Source of the DNA: Octopus sinensis
Taxonomy: Eukaryota
Assembly: GCF_006345805.1 (NCBI RefSeq)
Contig: NC_043006.1
Location: forward strand, 27,404,001-27,468,000
DNA: 64,000 nt
Direction of reading: 5' to 3'
The notes below the pieces were generated by a model that ran no database searches, had not been told where the DNA came from, and saw only the letters and a list, made by a program, of their open reading frames with translations. Below are positions 51,671 through 64,000 of this stretch, piece after piece. The translations under genes were made by a program, and so were the position numbers. Each line of letters begins with the position of its first letter. The first letter of the stretch is position 1.

Positions 51671-51898
51671 TTAACTCTTTAGTGTTGAAATTACTTTGTC
51701 AAAAGTAATCCTTATTCATTCACATTTCTAAAAATTAATCTGGTATTGTCTTGTAGCTTCAAGATTTCAAAGATGTAATTGTTTATTTTTAGAATGACAT
51801 TGCAGGGTAGGTGTGAGCTTCTGGTTCTGGTTAATTTGAACATAAAATAGGTAGTATATTTGGGCTAAATACAGCCAGTTTGAACACTAAAGGGTTAA
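51671..51898. mobile_element. piggyBac-like MITE
   Basis: TTAA-CTCTTTAGTGTTGAAA ... TTTGAACACTAAAGGG-TTAA (14/16 TIR match). Confidence 0.78.
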
Positions 51899-54049
51899 AC
51901 ATGACTTTCTCATCTTTTTCTCCAGCTAAAGTGCTATTTTTTGTTGATCAACCAACCATGTAAAGTTTGCAAGTTTCCCTTGTTAGCTTGAGCAAGCATC
52001 TTCTGGATCACATCACATCAGAGTTTTGAATTATGCAAATGTTTGAGATAATTCCATCTTTTGATATGTTCCCATTACACACACACACACACACACACAG
52101 AGTAAGTAATCAGTCATCACTCATGTATGAGTAGGATGGCTTAGTAGTCTGTATCACACTTTCACTAATTGTTTTAGGATTCTATGTGGTCCATGAGCAA
52201 ACATAGACACTCTTTTGATGATCTCACTCTTGCTTCAGCAAACCATACAGGATATGACAGTTGATGGGAGAGAGGACTACACTAGTACTTGTTGTAACAG
52301 AGTAGACTAGAGCAACATGAAATTAAGTGACCGGCTGCCAAAGCAAGCAATTGAGACCACTACCTTATGAACATTAAGCCAAACACCTTACTTAACCAGT
52401 AGGCCACATACCTTTACAAGATATGCATACACACACACACACACACATTCACAACCTGATGAATGTCTCTGCATTAAGAAACTCTGAGTAGTGAAAAAAT
52501 AGTTAACTTTAGCAATAATATATAATGTATTCAGTGTGTAACTTCCTTTTCAATTTTTTAAGGTTATACCTTAGGTTCTAAAGCTATTTCAGATTGCACA
52601 GATAGCCCCAAATGTACTAAGGTCAATCTATAGTTCAAATGTTATGGAATCTGGTCTGCTGTGTTTAATTGAAATATGCAAAAGGTACTTGAAGGCCCAA
52701 CAGCAGTATTAAACCAAATGACAAATAAAATGTATTAAAAATTAAATCCAGAAAATAATTATTGAAAATGAAGTTATGTTTATAATAAAACCAGAACTAA
52801 AAGAATATACTAAACTATGCAACTGTAACACCTTACTGCAACTCTCAGCCACTACTCCCTCCCTCTCTCTCTTACACACACACACATGCGTGTGTGCACA
52901 CATGCACGTCAACCATGAAGAAGTGTCATAGTTACCAACTGTTAGTCAATTAACAAGAGCTTGTCCTTGTTAAGTAAACAATCAAATCAAAATGCAATGA
53001 AGTGATGGAAAATTTCACAACGAACAACAAATCTATCTGATTACAGAGTTATGTTTTTCCTCCTCAAATAAATGCAAGTCAAAACACGTTTTCATGTTAT
53101 AGGTTTTTTTGTGTTTCTGTATTCTTGATTTATGGTCAGGACAGTAAATGAGTGCAAGACAGCAACAAATATGACGTCAATAAATTTTTGGATTAGTTAT
53201 TTCTTTTAGGATCAATTTCTGTGATGGTTTCATCTGTCTCTGATCAACAGGATTAGTACCTATCAGTTTGATTTGGTGTTTATGTTTACACCCTCCCTTT
53301 ACAAAGTAGTCCTCTTAAGCCAATGTAGAAAATCAACAAAGAGATAAACCAATGAAATATAGCATGGTGAGGAAGATGATGTTCCCTGAATTGAAACTCA
53401 AAACACGAAACACCTATTGTCAATAAAAGTTTGGCCATATAGTGAATCTATAACACACCTCTCTGCTGCTATGTTGTGTCCCTGGTTAAAATATGTTATG
53501 CTAACCTAAAGTACAAAATATCTTCATAAACAGGTCTTCAAAGTACAACATGTAGTTCTCTGGGTCAAGATTTAGCTCTGATTTTATGGCGTTGAGTAAC
53601 CAAGAGATAAACATCATACTAGATAGACATAAAATAATCTACCCAAATGATAATGATCTCATAACTATTTTAGTCAGAATAATGAAGTCAGGGATATAGA
53701 ATTAACTGTACTGCCTAAAAGCATAAGGAAATAACTGCAATAGTTTTCATTTTATAACTTATGAACTGGCAGCCTTATACTATTTTTACTGGGCCATTTT
53801 ATTTCTTCCTGGCCAAATTAACTGTAAACTTGTACCACGGAAAACTACAGATGGAGGCACTAAATAATGAATTTCTAAACATTAGTATTTGAGTGAGGGT
53901 ATGATTGATTACACCAACTCTAGTATTAGACCAGTGTTTTATCAACCTCAAAATGAGGATAGGCAAAGTTAAACTTCATGGGATTTGAACCTGGAATGAC
54001 TAAATACTACAAGGCATTTTATGTGATACTTTAATGATTATGCCAATCT

Positions 54050-54900
54050 ATCACACTGAATAATTGACAAGTGTTTTGTAGCTCACACTTGTGGTTCAAA
54101 CCACTAACCAACATGATGAAAAGCTGTTGGGGAAACCATTCTAGGATATCATCTTCTGAAGATAAAGTTTTCAGTAGTGGCCCACTAATTGAATGTATTT
54201 TCCTCTACATCAATGATCTTCCTGTCAATATTCTTCAATTCATCAATGTTTATGCTGATGATACTACTCTTTATTATGGTTTTCTTGGCAAACCTTCTCC
54301 CTTAAAACAGTTGGAACTTGATGCTAGTCTTGAGGTGGAACTGCAGACTGTTTAGAAATGAAGTGAGAAGTGGTTAGTAACTTTCAACCTTGCAAAACCA
54401 AACCCATGTCTTTCAGTAGGAAGCAAGATCCCAATCTTCCTCCCATTTAAATTAGTTACAACTCTGGGATATCACATAGTGAGACTACAGGAAAAGCCAT
54501 CTTTGAAACTGGTCTTACTTTTTCACTTGATCTTTCTTGGGGTTCTTGCATACGATCAATTGGCAGGTCTACTTACTATAATATTGAGTCATTGTATAGG
54601 TCAAAGGACTACCTCACATCCAAGGTCATTTTGTATCTTTAAAAGTTCACAATTCATTGTTGTATGGAATGCTGTGGTCATATTTGGGCAGGTACACCTT
54701 GTCACTTGGATCTCCTCAATCAGGTTCAGAAGTGAGTCTCTAATTTGACTTGTGTCAACTCTACAACACTTGTCTCATCAACGTAACATCACCAGTTTTA
54801 GTCTTTTCTATCGTCATTGCCACAAGAAGTGCTCTGCTGAACAGTCATAGCATTTTTTCTTGAACAGCCTGACTTTTAAACTCACTTCCATCTCATTGTT
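54050..54900 (+). mobile_element. CR1/L2-group LINE RT relic
   Basis: FLYINDLP..VYADDTTLY..SEKWLVTFN motifs, with stops and frameshifts. Confidence 0.8.
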
Positions 54901-55533
54901 TTCCTCCTTATGACCTGAACACGTTCAAGTCTCAAGTAAATTCATTCCTTTCATCTTAATTTCTCCTTCATATTCCTTTACACTAAGTGGCTTCTTGATT
55001 TGTCTGGGACTTTCTTATAAAAAAAAGGATATTACTGATATAATGTGGCATAATAAATAGGGAATTAATGGGTGCAAACCTTTTTGACATACAATTGTGA
55101 TGTGCACATTATTATATTTGCCTCTCTCTATCTGGTTATCATTATATAGTTAAATAGTTTATAATAACTAATCAAAAACATCTAAATTTGTAGAATATAA
55201 GATCCTACCTATGCAAGCATTGAAAAATAAAACAGTGTTTAGTATATACAAGTCTCTGCTTATCTGAATTTATGAGCCAGCTTCAGATCCTAGAGAAGGA
55301 ATTTGTAAATGTCATAGATTTTATACAGTTACCTAAGTGGCAAGACACCAGAGATAACAAAGTATATGCCAATCTAAATGCATCACAGAATTTCTGAGTT
55401 TATTTACATAAGGAACAGTTATATCCGGCTTGCAATTCTAGATTTTAAGGATGGAATGCTAAAAGCTAAATTTTCTTTTTTTTTTTAAATGGCCAGTTTA
55501 AAAACGCCAATAATTTATAACTGTTGTACTTAC

Positions 55534-55647
55534 TGACACAAAGTACAGCAAGGAAAATGATGTAGATGATAAGTTCTCTTAGAGTGGTCTTCACGTGAAG
55601 TTCACGATCTCCTTTGGTCTCTTCTGTGTCACGCGTAGCCCACAAAG
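55534..55647 (-). CDS. PKD2: PKD2 exon (pre-S1/S1): ALWATRDTEETKGDRELHVKTTLRELIIYIIFLAVLCV
   Basis: tttttttccag acceptor, A/GTAAGT donor, 114 nt, phase 1-1; similar to human GLWGTRLMEE...LRELVTY. Confidence 0.93.
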
Positions 55648-56359
55648 CTGGAAAAAAAAATGAAAACATAGGAATCAGATGATTATAATAAATTTATATA
55701 ACTAATAAAACATTTTGCTTATTAAAGATAATTGTTGTTAATGAGCACCAGGTAGGTTCTGATGGAACAGATTGACGATGAAAGGCATTCTAGTCATGAG
55801 CACCCTACTTTTTATTCACAGTGTATCTAGGCTCACACCAACATTTAATGTCCATGTTGTCCATGCTGGCATGGGTTAGATGGTTTGATAGAATCCAACT
55901 GCATTGTACTCCAGTGTCTGATGTGACATGGTTTTTATGAATGGACACCCTTCTTATACCACCCATTTTTCAGTGCGTACTGGGTGGGGTTTTTTTGTGG
56001 CAACAGCATTAGTGAGGTTGGCATGCAGCCTGAAAGACTAAGATCCCCTTCAACTGAGAAAGGCTGCATTAGAGAAGGAAGTGGCTTTATGCTTTGAGAT
56101 GAGGGTTAAAGTATGAAAGAAAGGGTCAGAACAGAACAGGCTTCTTGCTGTAGAGGAGCTATGCAGTTACTCAGGTTATAGAAGACATAGAGGAGGTGGC
56201 CAGAGTAGAGCTAGAAAGAGAGAAAAGTAGTGATGATGAGGTGCCAGGGCAGACCCTCAAGATATGTTGCAAGTAGATGTGAGTGGGGATAGGAGAACAG
56301 AAAGAGTGGTTGGGTAGAGGTTGTAAGATTGTATAGAAGAGTGAGGAAATGCATTTGAA

Positions 56360-58320
56360 GGAGAATATAATTCTTTGCCATGACGGCAATATCGCATTGT
56401 GGCATCATTGTCATTTCGTAATTCTATCAATTCCTTTTGAACATCATCCTTGCAATCAACTGCATCAATCTCAGATTGCTATACCAATTTGGAATATTCA
56501 GCACAATAACATCTTGAAATCGCTCCAATATGTCATCATGCAATGATTGTAAATATTTGCAATATGTAGTTAAATCCTCATCAGCCAATTCATCTTTCAA
56601 AGAATCAAGTTGTGGAAACTGATGGAACTGACATTTAGAAATGACTTATACAGCACCAATTTCGAAATGAAGGTAGTGATAAATGATTTGGAATCGATGA
56701 GAGTTTTTCTGTTTCCTTATAATAATTTATTCAAATCATTTAATTTTGTGAATATATCACAAAGAAAAAAGATATTGCACCTTGCAGCCATCAATGAAGC
56801 GGATTGTGAAGTAGCTTCAAAGAAAGATATGAATATATGAAACAGTTTGACAAAGCGTAAAACACTGTTGCCTTTTGATAGCCACCGCACTTTGATATGA
56901 TATAAGAGTTAAGTAGGGTCTTCATCATTTCTCAGACAGAGTTGATGCAAAATTCAATCAGACAAGGGACTGGACTTCAGTTTGTTCACAGTCTTAATAA
57001 CTAACTGTAGCGCATCATCCAATCTACAGTTCATATTTTTTGCCACTAAATGCTGCCAGTGTGCCAAGCAATGAGCAGTTAGTATCTAGTGGGAAATTTC
57101 ACACTTTAGGAGAGATGAAAAACCTCTGTATCTTCCTATCATTGAAGGGCCTCCATCAGACGCACAGGCAAGAATATTACTGAGTGAACATTATGTTCAA
57201 AAAGGAAAGACTTGAGAGTGTGAAAAATAGTTGCGCCTTTTGAATCAAGCAGCAATTTCTCTGTGAACAGCATTTCCTCACACGGTTGAAGGTCTTTGCT
57301 AAAATACCAAACATATACCATCATCAAACATTGACTGTCCACAACAGTTGACTCATCCACTTGTATAGAAAATTCAGAATGTTGGAGAATATTAATGAGC
57401 TAATGTTTGACATCGTTGGCCATTTCTTTGATGCTTCAAGAAATTGTGTTATTACTAAGTGGGATCTTCATAATGTTATTGCATTTTTCATGCATAACGG
57501 TTGACAAAACCTCTTCGATAACTGGGCGGCGAGCTGGCAGAAACGTTAGCACGCTGGGCAAAATGCTAAGTGGTATTTCGTCTGCCGCAACGTTCTGAGT
57601 TCAAATTCCGCCGAGGTCGACTTTGCCTTTCATCCTTTCGGGGTCGATAAATTAAGTACCAGTTACGCACTGGGGTTGATGTAATCGACTTAATACCTAT
57701 GTCTGTCCTTGTTTGTCCCCTCTGTGTTTAGCCCCTTGTGGGTAATAAAGAAATATATAACTGGGCAAAGTAATGTTTCTCCAATTGTGTGAAACTTTCC
57801 AGACTTAGCAACAAGCAATGCAATGTTGTATGATGCAATCACCCTGTCAGTCTCCTGTTTACTAGTTTCCTAAAATAGTATGTCGAATGTTTGTGTTTGC
57901 TTTTTGAAAGAGGAACTCAGTTGCAAAAATTATGATAATGGCTTGTCCTTCTTGTTAGAATGCTTTGCATCAAAGTGTTACTTCAAGTATGAAGGTTCCA
58001 TTGCTTCGTTGGTCAATGTTTGATGGCAAAGAAGGCACATTGGTAATTGACAGTTCTGAGGAGAGGGAATAAATCCAAACGATAAATAATCACTGCTGTA
58101 CTGTGGACCAATTTTCTTGACTGGAGGCATCAGTAAAGTGAAAATGTGAAAACGAATTTCTATAGACAGCATTAGAAAGGCAGTATGGTATTCCCAAAGA
58201 AAAGAAGAAGTCAATAGAGCAGAGTTCAGATGACACGTCTTTACTGGAGCAAATATTGATCTAGTTAATTTGGCTGCCAGCATTTCAAAAACTATGTGCA
58301 CACCCACACTCAGTTGAGAG
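56360..58320 (-). mobile_element. Degenerate hAT (Charlie/Buster, ZBED5-like) transposase relic
   Basis: YSSDYLSFGF..PMCLLC..LTNEAMEPSYLK; DESTVV..EEMLF..KGATIF; VQKELIELRND. Confidence 0.8.
57525..57756 (+). mobile_element. Young tRNA-derived SINE nested in the hAT relic
   Basis: GGCGGCGAGCTGGCAGAA head, gagttcaaattcc B-box, CpG-intact; duplicated target ATAACTGGGC at 57518-57527 and 57757-57766; older copies at about 8750-8930, 21399-21605 and 41455-41600. Confidence 0.9.
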
Positions 58321-60339
58321 GTATTGTCATGTAAATTATTAGTGCAATGAAAAATGCACCCAGTACATTTTGTAAAAAGATTTCATAAAAAAGGAGGATA
58401 TCCAGCTATAGAAACTATGCCAAAGCAGACACTGGAGCTTGACACAGTCCTCTGGTTCATCGGGTCTTATCAAACATTCAAGCCATATCAGTATGATGAA
58501 AGACATGTTAAATGATGATGATGATGATGCACATGTATATATGTAGGCAAAAATACAAACAAATAAAATGAGTAAGATTATAAGGGAAAGAGGAATCAAA
58601 CAAATAATTCAATAAGCCAAGAAAAATATAGGGACTGTGAGATCCCTTTAGTCAAGTTGAGAACAAGACAACATCTCTCATGCAGGTGTCACAAAAAATA
58701 CCCTGTAAAATACGAGAACCTTCAATCTTAAAGAGGACATGACACCACTCTAATGATGCAATCGTGAAAAAAGTACCCAGTACATTCTGTAAAGTGATTC
58801 ATGTTAGGAAGGGTATTCAGCTGCAGAAACCAAATCATAAATAAAATGCAGGTGATGAGGCCCCCTAACCCTGTAGGTATGCAGTATAACCAAATATATG
58901 CTGTCTCTAACTGTGATAACCTCCTGATTCTATGCCAGTATGGAAAGCAGATGTGAAGTGAAGATGATGATGACATATACACATACGTGTGTGTGTGTTT
59001 TATTATTTATACAATATTATAAATTTAGTCGCATAAGAGCCTATTTTACTAACCAGTTTCATGTTGCAAAACATTCCAAACATAGAAATTAAATTAACAA
59101 TCATCAGATATGACTGAATAGAAGAGAATGGCTTGAACTCTTTATTGCTGGAGGCCTCAAACCACTGCACTGAAGACATTTTAAGAAGAGACATTTTATC
59201 TCTGAGAGATAAAATGTCTCTTTAAAAAATTGAATGAAACTCACTGATAAAAAAACATATAGTAAAAAAGAAGGCTGGCTCTTACATTAGTCCCTTTTAT
59301 TCATTGTCCCACATGTCAGAATTCAAGTAGTAAATGTCTACCCCAGTTTTATGTATACGTGATTGTGGAATGAAGATGGGATAAGGGTGAGGCAGAGAGG
59401 ATTAGGAGGAAGAGAGAAAGTGGACTGAGACAGAGAGGAGCTTTTTTTTAAGGGTATGCATGATTGTGTATATATATGGGTGTTTATAAGAATTAACTGT
59501 GGGGAAAATATATTCCTTATTTATGTTGAGAGGACTACTAAAAGAAGAAATGTCAACTCTTACAGCTAGTGTAAAACTGACCAGCTGGCTAAGATATATT
59601 CCTTATAACGAGAATATGAGGAAAATATTTCCATTTTAGAGTTCAGATAGGACCCCTCAGTGGAGGGAACTCTTCAAAATAGTCCTTTTCTCTCATAAAC
59701 GAAGTCTGCACTTCCTTTCTACACTTGGGAGATTCTTCAACATGAAACCACTTGGTAATGTGAATTGATTATTATGAGATTATTAAGTTTATAATGTTCA
59801 CATATATAAATATAGTTATCTACTGAGTTTTCATAATAAATATAATAGTGCAGTCTTCTGCCTAGCCAGCTCCTGTCAAACCATGCAACCCAGGCCAGCA
59901 TGGAAAGCGGACATTAAATGATGATGATATACAAACACAGGGGAGAGAGAGAGAGAGAGAGAACAGATAAAGAGGGAGGAAAGAGAGAAAATACAAGTAT
60001 AATAGTCATAATACAAAACAGTAAAAAGCAGTTTCTATAGCATCATAGGAATTAATGAATTCAATGAACTGGAAAGAATTTGTCCAGACATGAATTTTTG
60101 TATTTATATACAGTGTGGAGGTGGATACAACTAGCAATAGGAATAATAAAGATGATTGTGGAGGTGGAAGGATGTCCATCAATATCAATAAATTCAGCAT
60201 CTTTATCATTCTCTATTTCCTTATGAATTATGATCATCATCAATAGTAGTATCATCATCTTTCAATCTCTCGCTCAAATGCATTGGTGTCAAAGTGGAAA
60301 AATTATTCAGTCCATATAAACACACACACACAAATATAT

Positions 60340-60680
60340 ATCATCATCATTTAATGTCCGCTTTCCATGCTGGCATGGGTTAGACAGTTTGACTGGAACT
60401 GGTAAGCCGGAGGGCTACACCAGGTTCCAGTATGATCTGGCATAGTTTCTGCAGCTGGATGCCCTTCCTACCACCAACCACTCTGACAGTGCAATGGGTG
60501 CTTTTTACGTGCTGCTGGCATGGGTGCTATTTACATGACACCAGCAACAGCCATGACTACAATTCCATGGGTGCCATTTACATGACCCTGGCAACAGCCA
60601 CAACTATGATTTCACTTGGTTTGACAAGTCTTCTCAAGCACAGCATATCGCGAAAGGTCTCGGTCATTTGTCATTTCCTC
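60340..60680 (-). mobile_element. RTE tail/3' UTR fragment
   Basis: catcatcatttaatgtccgctttccatgctggcatggg tail. Confidence 0.8.
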
Positions 60681-61059
60681 CGTTATATTTATACTAATGT
60701 TTGTTTTTATGTCAAGTTATACATAGAAACAATTTAACATTAAACTGAAGGATTACTTAATACTATTTAGTAGAGTATATATTTATAAGGACATCATGCT
60801 CGGAATGGTCAGTGGCAAGAGAGGAAGAGGCTGACCAAGAACCCGCTGGCTTGACACCATCAAGAGCCAGATTGATTTCATCTTCACCAGACAGCAGGAT
60901 GCAAGGTTGCTCTTAAATACAAAAATCCCTCCCTGGTGAAGAAAGTACCCCCCAGCATAGACTAGTTATTAGTGACTTTAGATTTGAATGCCAGAAGGAT
61001 ACCAAGAGGCAGACCAATCCAAAAATGAAGGATTTGGAAGCTAAAGAACCTGTTATGTA

Positions 61060-61715
61060 GTCAGAGATTTAGGGCAGTGAAACATGGGCTGTGACTGCCG
61101 AAGACGCGTGCAGGCTTGAAAGAAATGAAACTAGTATGATCTGCTGGATGTGTAATGTCAGTGTGCACACACGACAGAGTGTAAGCACCCTGAGAGAAAT
61201 GTTGGACATAAGAACAATCAGATGTAGTGTGCAAGAGAGACGACTGTCCTGGTATGGTCATGTGCTGCGTATGGATGAGGAAAGCTGTGTGAAGAAGTGT
61301 CACTCCTTAATAGTGGAAGGAACCCATGGAAGACATGGGATGAGGTGGTGAAGCATGACCTTTGAACATTGGGCCTCACAGAGGCAATGACAAAAGACCA
61401 AGACCTCTGAAGATATGCTGTGGAGATATGCTGTGAAGACCCGGCAAGTAAAGTGAGATCACAGCTATAGCCTATAGCATTTAAAAAAACCCTTTGAATC
61501 ATCGGGCGACATGCCATGCTTGGGGAGACTAATTGAGTCAAGTAAAATCAAAATAAAACCAAATGAAAATTGTAGTTGTGGCCAATGCCAGTGCCACCTG
61601 ACTGGCTCTCATGCTAGAGCCTGGTGTGGCCTCCTGGCTTGCCAGTCCCCAGTTAAACCGTCCAACCCATGCCAGAATGGAAAACGGACGTTAAACAATG
61701 ATGATGATCATCATC
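61060..61715 (+). mobile_element. 5'-truncated RTE LINE (ORF2 end, 3' UTR, (ATG)n tail)
   Basis: SETWAVTAED..MCNVSVH..RRLSWYGHV; tail ggacgttaaacaatgatgatg. Confidence 0.9.
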
Positions 61716-61740
61716 ATGTAGACATATATATGTGTATGTA

Positions 61741-61777
<37 letters not shown>

Positions 61778-62796
61778 GTATGCAGTATATGCAAGAAAGA
61801 ATATTACATTGGTTGGACATGTGATGCGAATGAAGACAACTGCATAAAGAGGTGCCGATTACTGAGGATGGATGGCACCTATGGGAGAGGAATACTCAGG
61901 AAGATATGAGACGAAGTGGTGAAGACCGATCTCAGGATTTTGAGCCTCACAGAGGAGATGACAATGGACTGAGTTGTCTGGTAATATGAGGTTTTTGAGA
62001 AAACCTGCCCACTTCAGTGAAATTGAGTTCTAGAAGCACTGTGGGTTCCACTCACAGGAAACAATAAAAAAACCTTTTCCACATCCTACATCTCTCCTCT
62101 TTCTCGCATTTTCTCTTTTCATATACTATGCTTATGCTTCTCTCTTGCTCCCCAATCCTGTTCTCACTGCCCTGCTCACTGTATCATTGCTATCCTGTTG
62201 TCCCTCACACCCTCTATATGCCCAAGTTTTACCAGTTACTGCATACCCTATCCCACACTCCTTGTATTCATGTGAAGTCTACTCCCTACTCATGCACCAT
62301 GGCAATACTCTATCATTTATATTCTGACCCTGTACCCTGAGGGCATGCCCTTCCACTTTGTCACCACTTATCTCTCCCTGGCTCTTCTCTACCATCCCAT
62401 TTATATCTGATCCCTATTCCTTGTGAGCATGCCCTGGCACTTCACCACCATCTCTCTCCCTCTTTCTCTTGCTTTCTTCCACATAAAAAGCACTCAGTCC
62501 ACTCAACAGGGTCGTTGGTGTCAGGAAGGGCATCCAGACAGCGAAGCATGGTACAGTCTTCTGCCCAGCCAGCTCCTATCAAACCGTCCAACCCATACCA
62601 ACATGGAAAGCAGATGTTAAATGATGATGATGATGAATGTGTGTATACACACACATATATATTGTTTGGCAGTATTCTGTATGCTAAAGAACCTGCCCAC
62701 ACATCCAGTCTTAGCAAAACAGTTATTAAAAAATTGTGTTATGTGTGTGTTTATATGTGTATGTGTAATGTGCATATGTATGTGCGTATGTATATA

Positions 62797-62837
<41 letters not shown>

Positions 62838-64000
62838 GTACATATCTGTGCAGTTCTATATACTTCTATGCATATATATATATAGAGAGAGGGGGGAACA
62901 GGCTATGAGATGTCCACATTGGATTAAATATATGCTTAAATGTTTTAAAGAAACATAAATTACCATCTTTAATAATTATACTAGTTAACATAATGACTGT
63001 GATAATTAATATTTTTGCAAATACTAAAATGATTTTAGTAATAATAACAATAATAATATTGAGGGCATAAACCTAAGCATAAGCGAATTACCTCTGAATA
63101 AATAATGTACACCATACAGTAAAATGCAAACAAAACTGCTACAATTGATTGTAATATGAATCAACATTTTATAAACCACAATTCAACTGTAATACCAGTA
63201 GAGGTGATTATAAGACCAGAATTCAATTTGATTTAAAAAGTAATGCTATAACCTTCAACTGAATACCAGCGCAGGAAGCTTATTTGAATTAATTCACTTT
63301 GAAAACATCATGAGTAATGGACCCTTGATGAAATTGCAGTGACTAGGATGCATAATTGCATACAGAGCAATGTGTAGTTGCTGCAATTGAAACATATGTT
63401 GGTCATTGTTATATATGCTTTTTTAATAAAAAGTTTTGGATGTGAGTAATTCTCCACTCTCCTCTTCATTTTCAATTATATATATCAAAGTACTATCAAG
63501 ATCACATCATTGTTTCTCTGATAATTTCTCCCTAGCTCTCACCCATTCCATTTCCTCTATCATTAGCACCTTTCCCTCTTACCACACATCCTTTTATCAC
63601 ACATCTGTCTATTACCCAATTTACTAAAACCAATATCTCTTCTGCCTATGCCTTTATACTTCATGCTTCACATACCTATACCTCTATTACTTCATCTTCT
63701 AATCCCTCCATCCCCTTCTCAATTTCACTGTTCCATACCACTTGTAGATGAAATTGGCGTTAGATCTCATGTCTGCCCTTTGGTTCAAGATCAGCTACAG
63801 ATGCCACAGCACCTATCTGATCAGATGTCCCTCTCACCAACACTAATTTGTGCCACACATTGGTTTAGTACCCAACTTATACTGTTCACTGGTACCCAAC
63901 CACATTCCATTCTTGTGACTACCACTTTCATCAAGCCCACCTTGAAACTTATGTGTAGGATGCTGCATTGAACCATTGTGCCCTGTACACTATACCTTTA

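Larger units (their letters stand above)
16999..55647 (-). other. PKD2: Polycystin-2 (TRPP2/PKD2-family) gene span, 5'-incomplete; 13 coding exons in window
   Basis: Exons splice in frame with GT-AG sites. The product has the TOP domain, S1-S6, LGD pore filter, EF-hands and the coiled coil [26 protein letters not shown]. Exon sizes of 114, 225, 182 and 118 nt match human PKD2 exons 2, 5, 8 and 12 as I recall them. Confidence 0.96.

Noticed and set aside
53172-53179. Second perfect CRE (TGACGTCA) in an intron
   Set aside because: Isolated 8-mer with no CpG cluster or companion motifs
59284-59314. ATG TGG GAC AAT GAA (MWDNE, reminiscent of the PKD2L1 WDN motif) near a GTAAGA donor-like site
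   Set aside because: In-frame TAA follows immediately (59297-59299); probably chance
59003-60258. Minus-strand ORFs 59003-59194 and 60061-60258 as the missing PKD2 first exon
   Set aside because: No TRPP N-terminal resemblance, and no convincing phase-1 donor identified

Overview
AT-rich, microsatellite- and TE-dense animal DNA. It is most likely an octopus (inferred from tRNA-derived/CORE-like SINEs and RTE tails ending in (ATG)n). The main feature is a minus-strand polycystin-2 (PKD2/TRPP2-type) channel gene. I could splice 13 coding exons by hand between 55647 and 16999, all GT-AG and phase-consistent, giving 2321 nt (about 773 aa). The N-terminal exon(s) were not found and probably lie beyond 64000. 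Introns and flanks hold RTE, CR1-like and RTE-X LINE relics, several SINE families, mariner and hAT relics, TTAA-flanked MITEs, non-autonomous Helitrons and kb-scale (TA)n/(CA)n arrays. A CpG-rich promoter-like patch with a strong minus-strand donor at about 1735-1880 suggests the start of a neighbouring gene. The items most worth a second look are a tandem duplicate of a PKD2 splice acceptor plus exon start that leads to a premature stop, a head-to-tail stack of three Helitrons, an unexplained ~115 bp-arm intronic inverted repeat, and a 7-codon terminal exon that adds a PDZ-type C-terminus. I found no clear-cut new biological system; the findings are testable leads. All coordinates were counted by hand, and TE boundaries are approximate.
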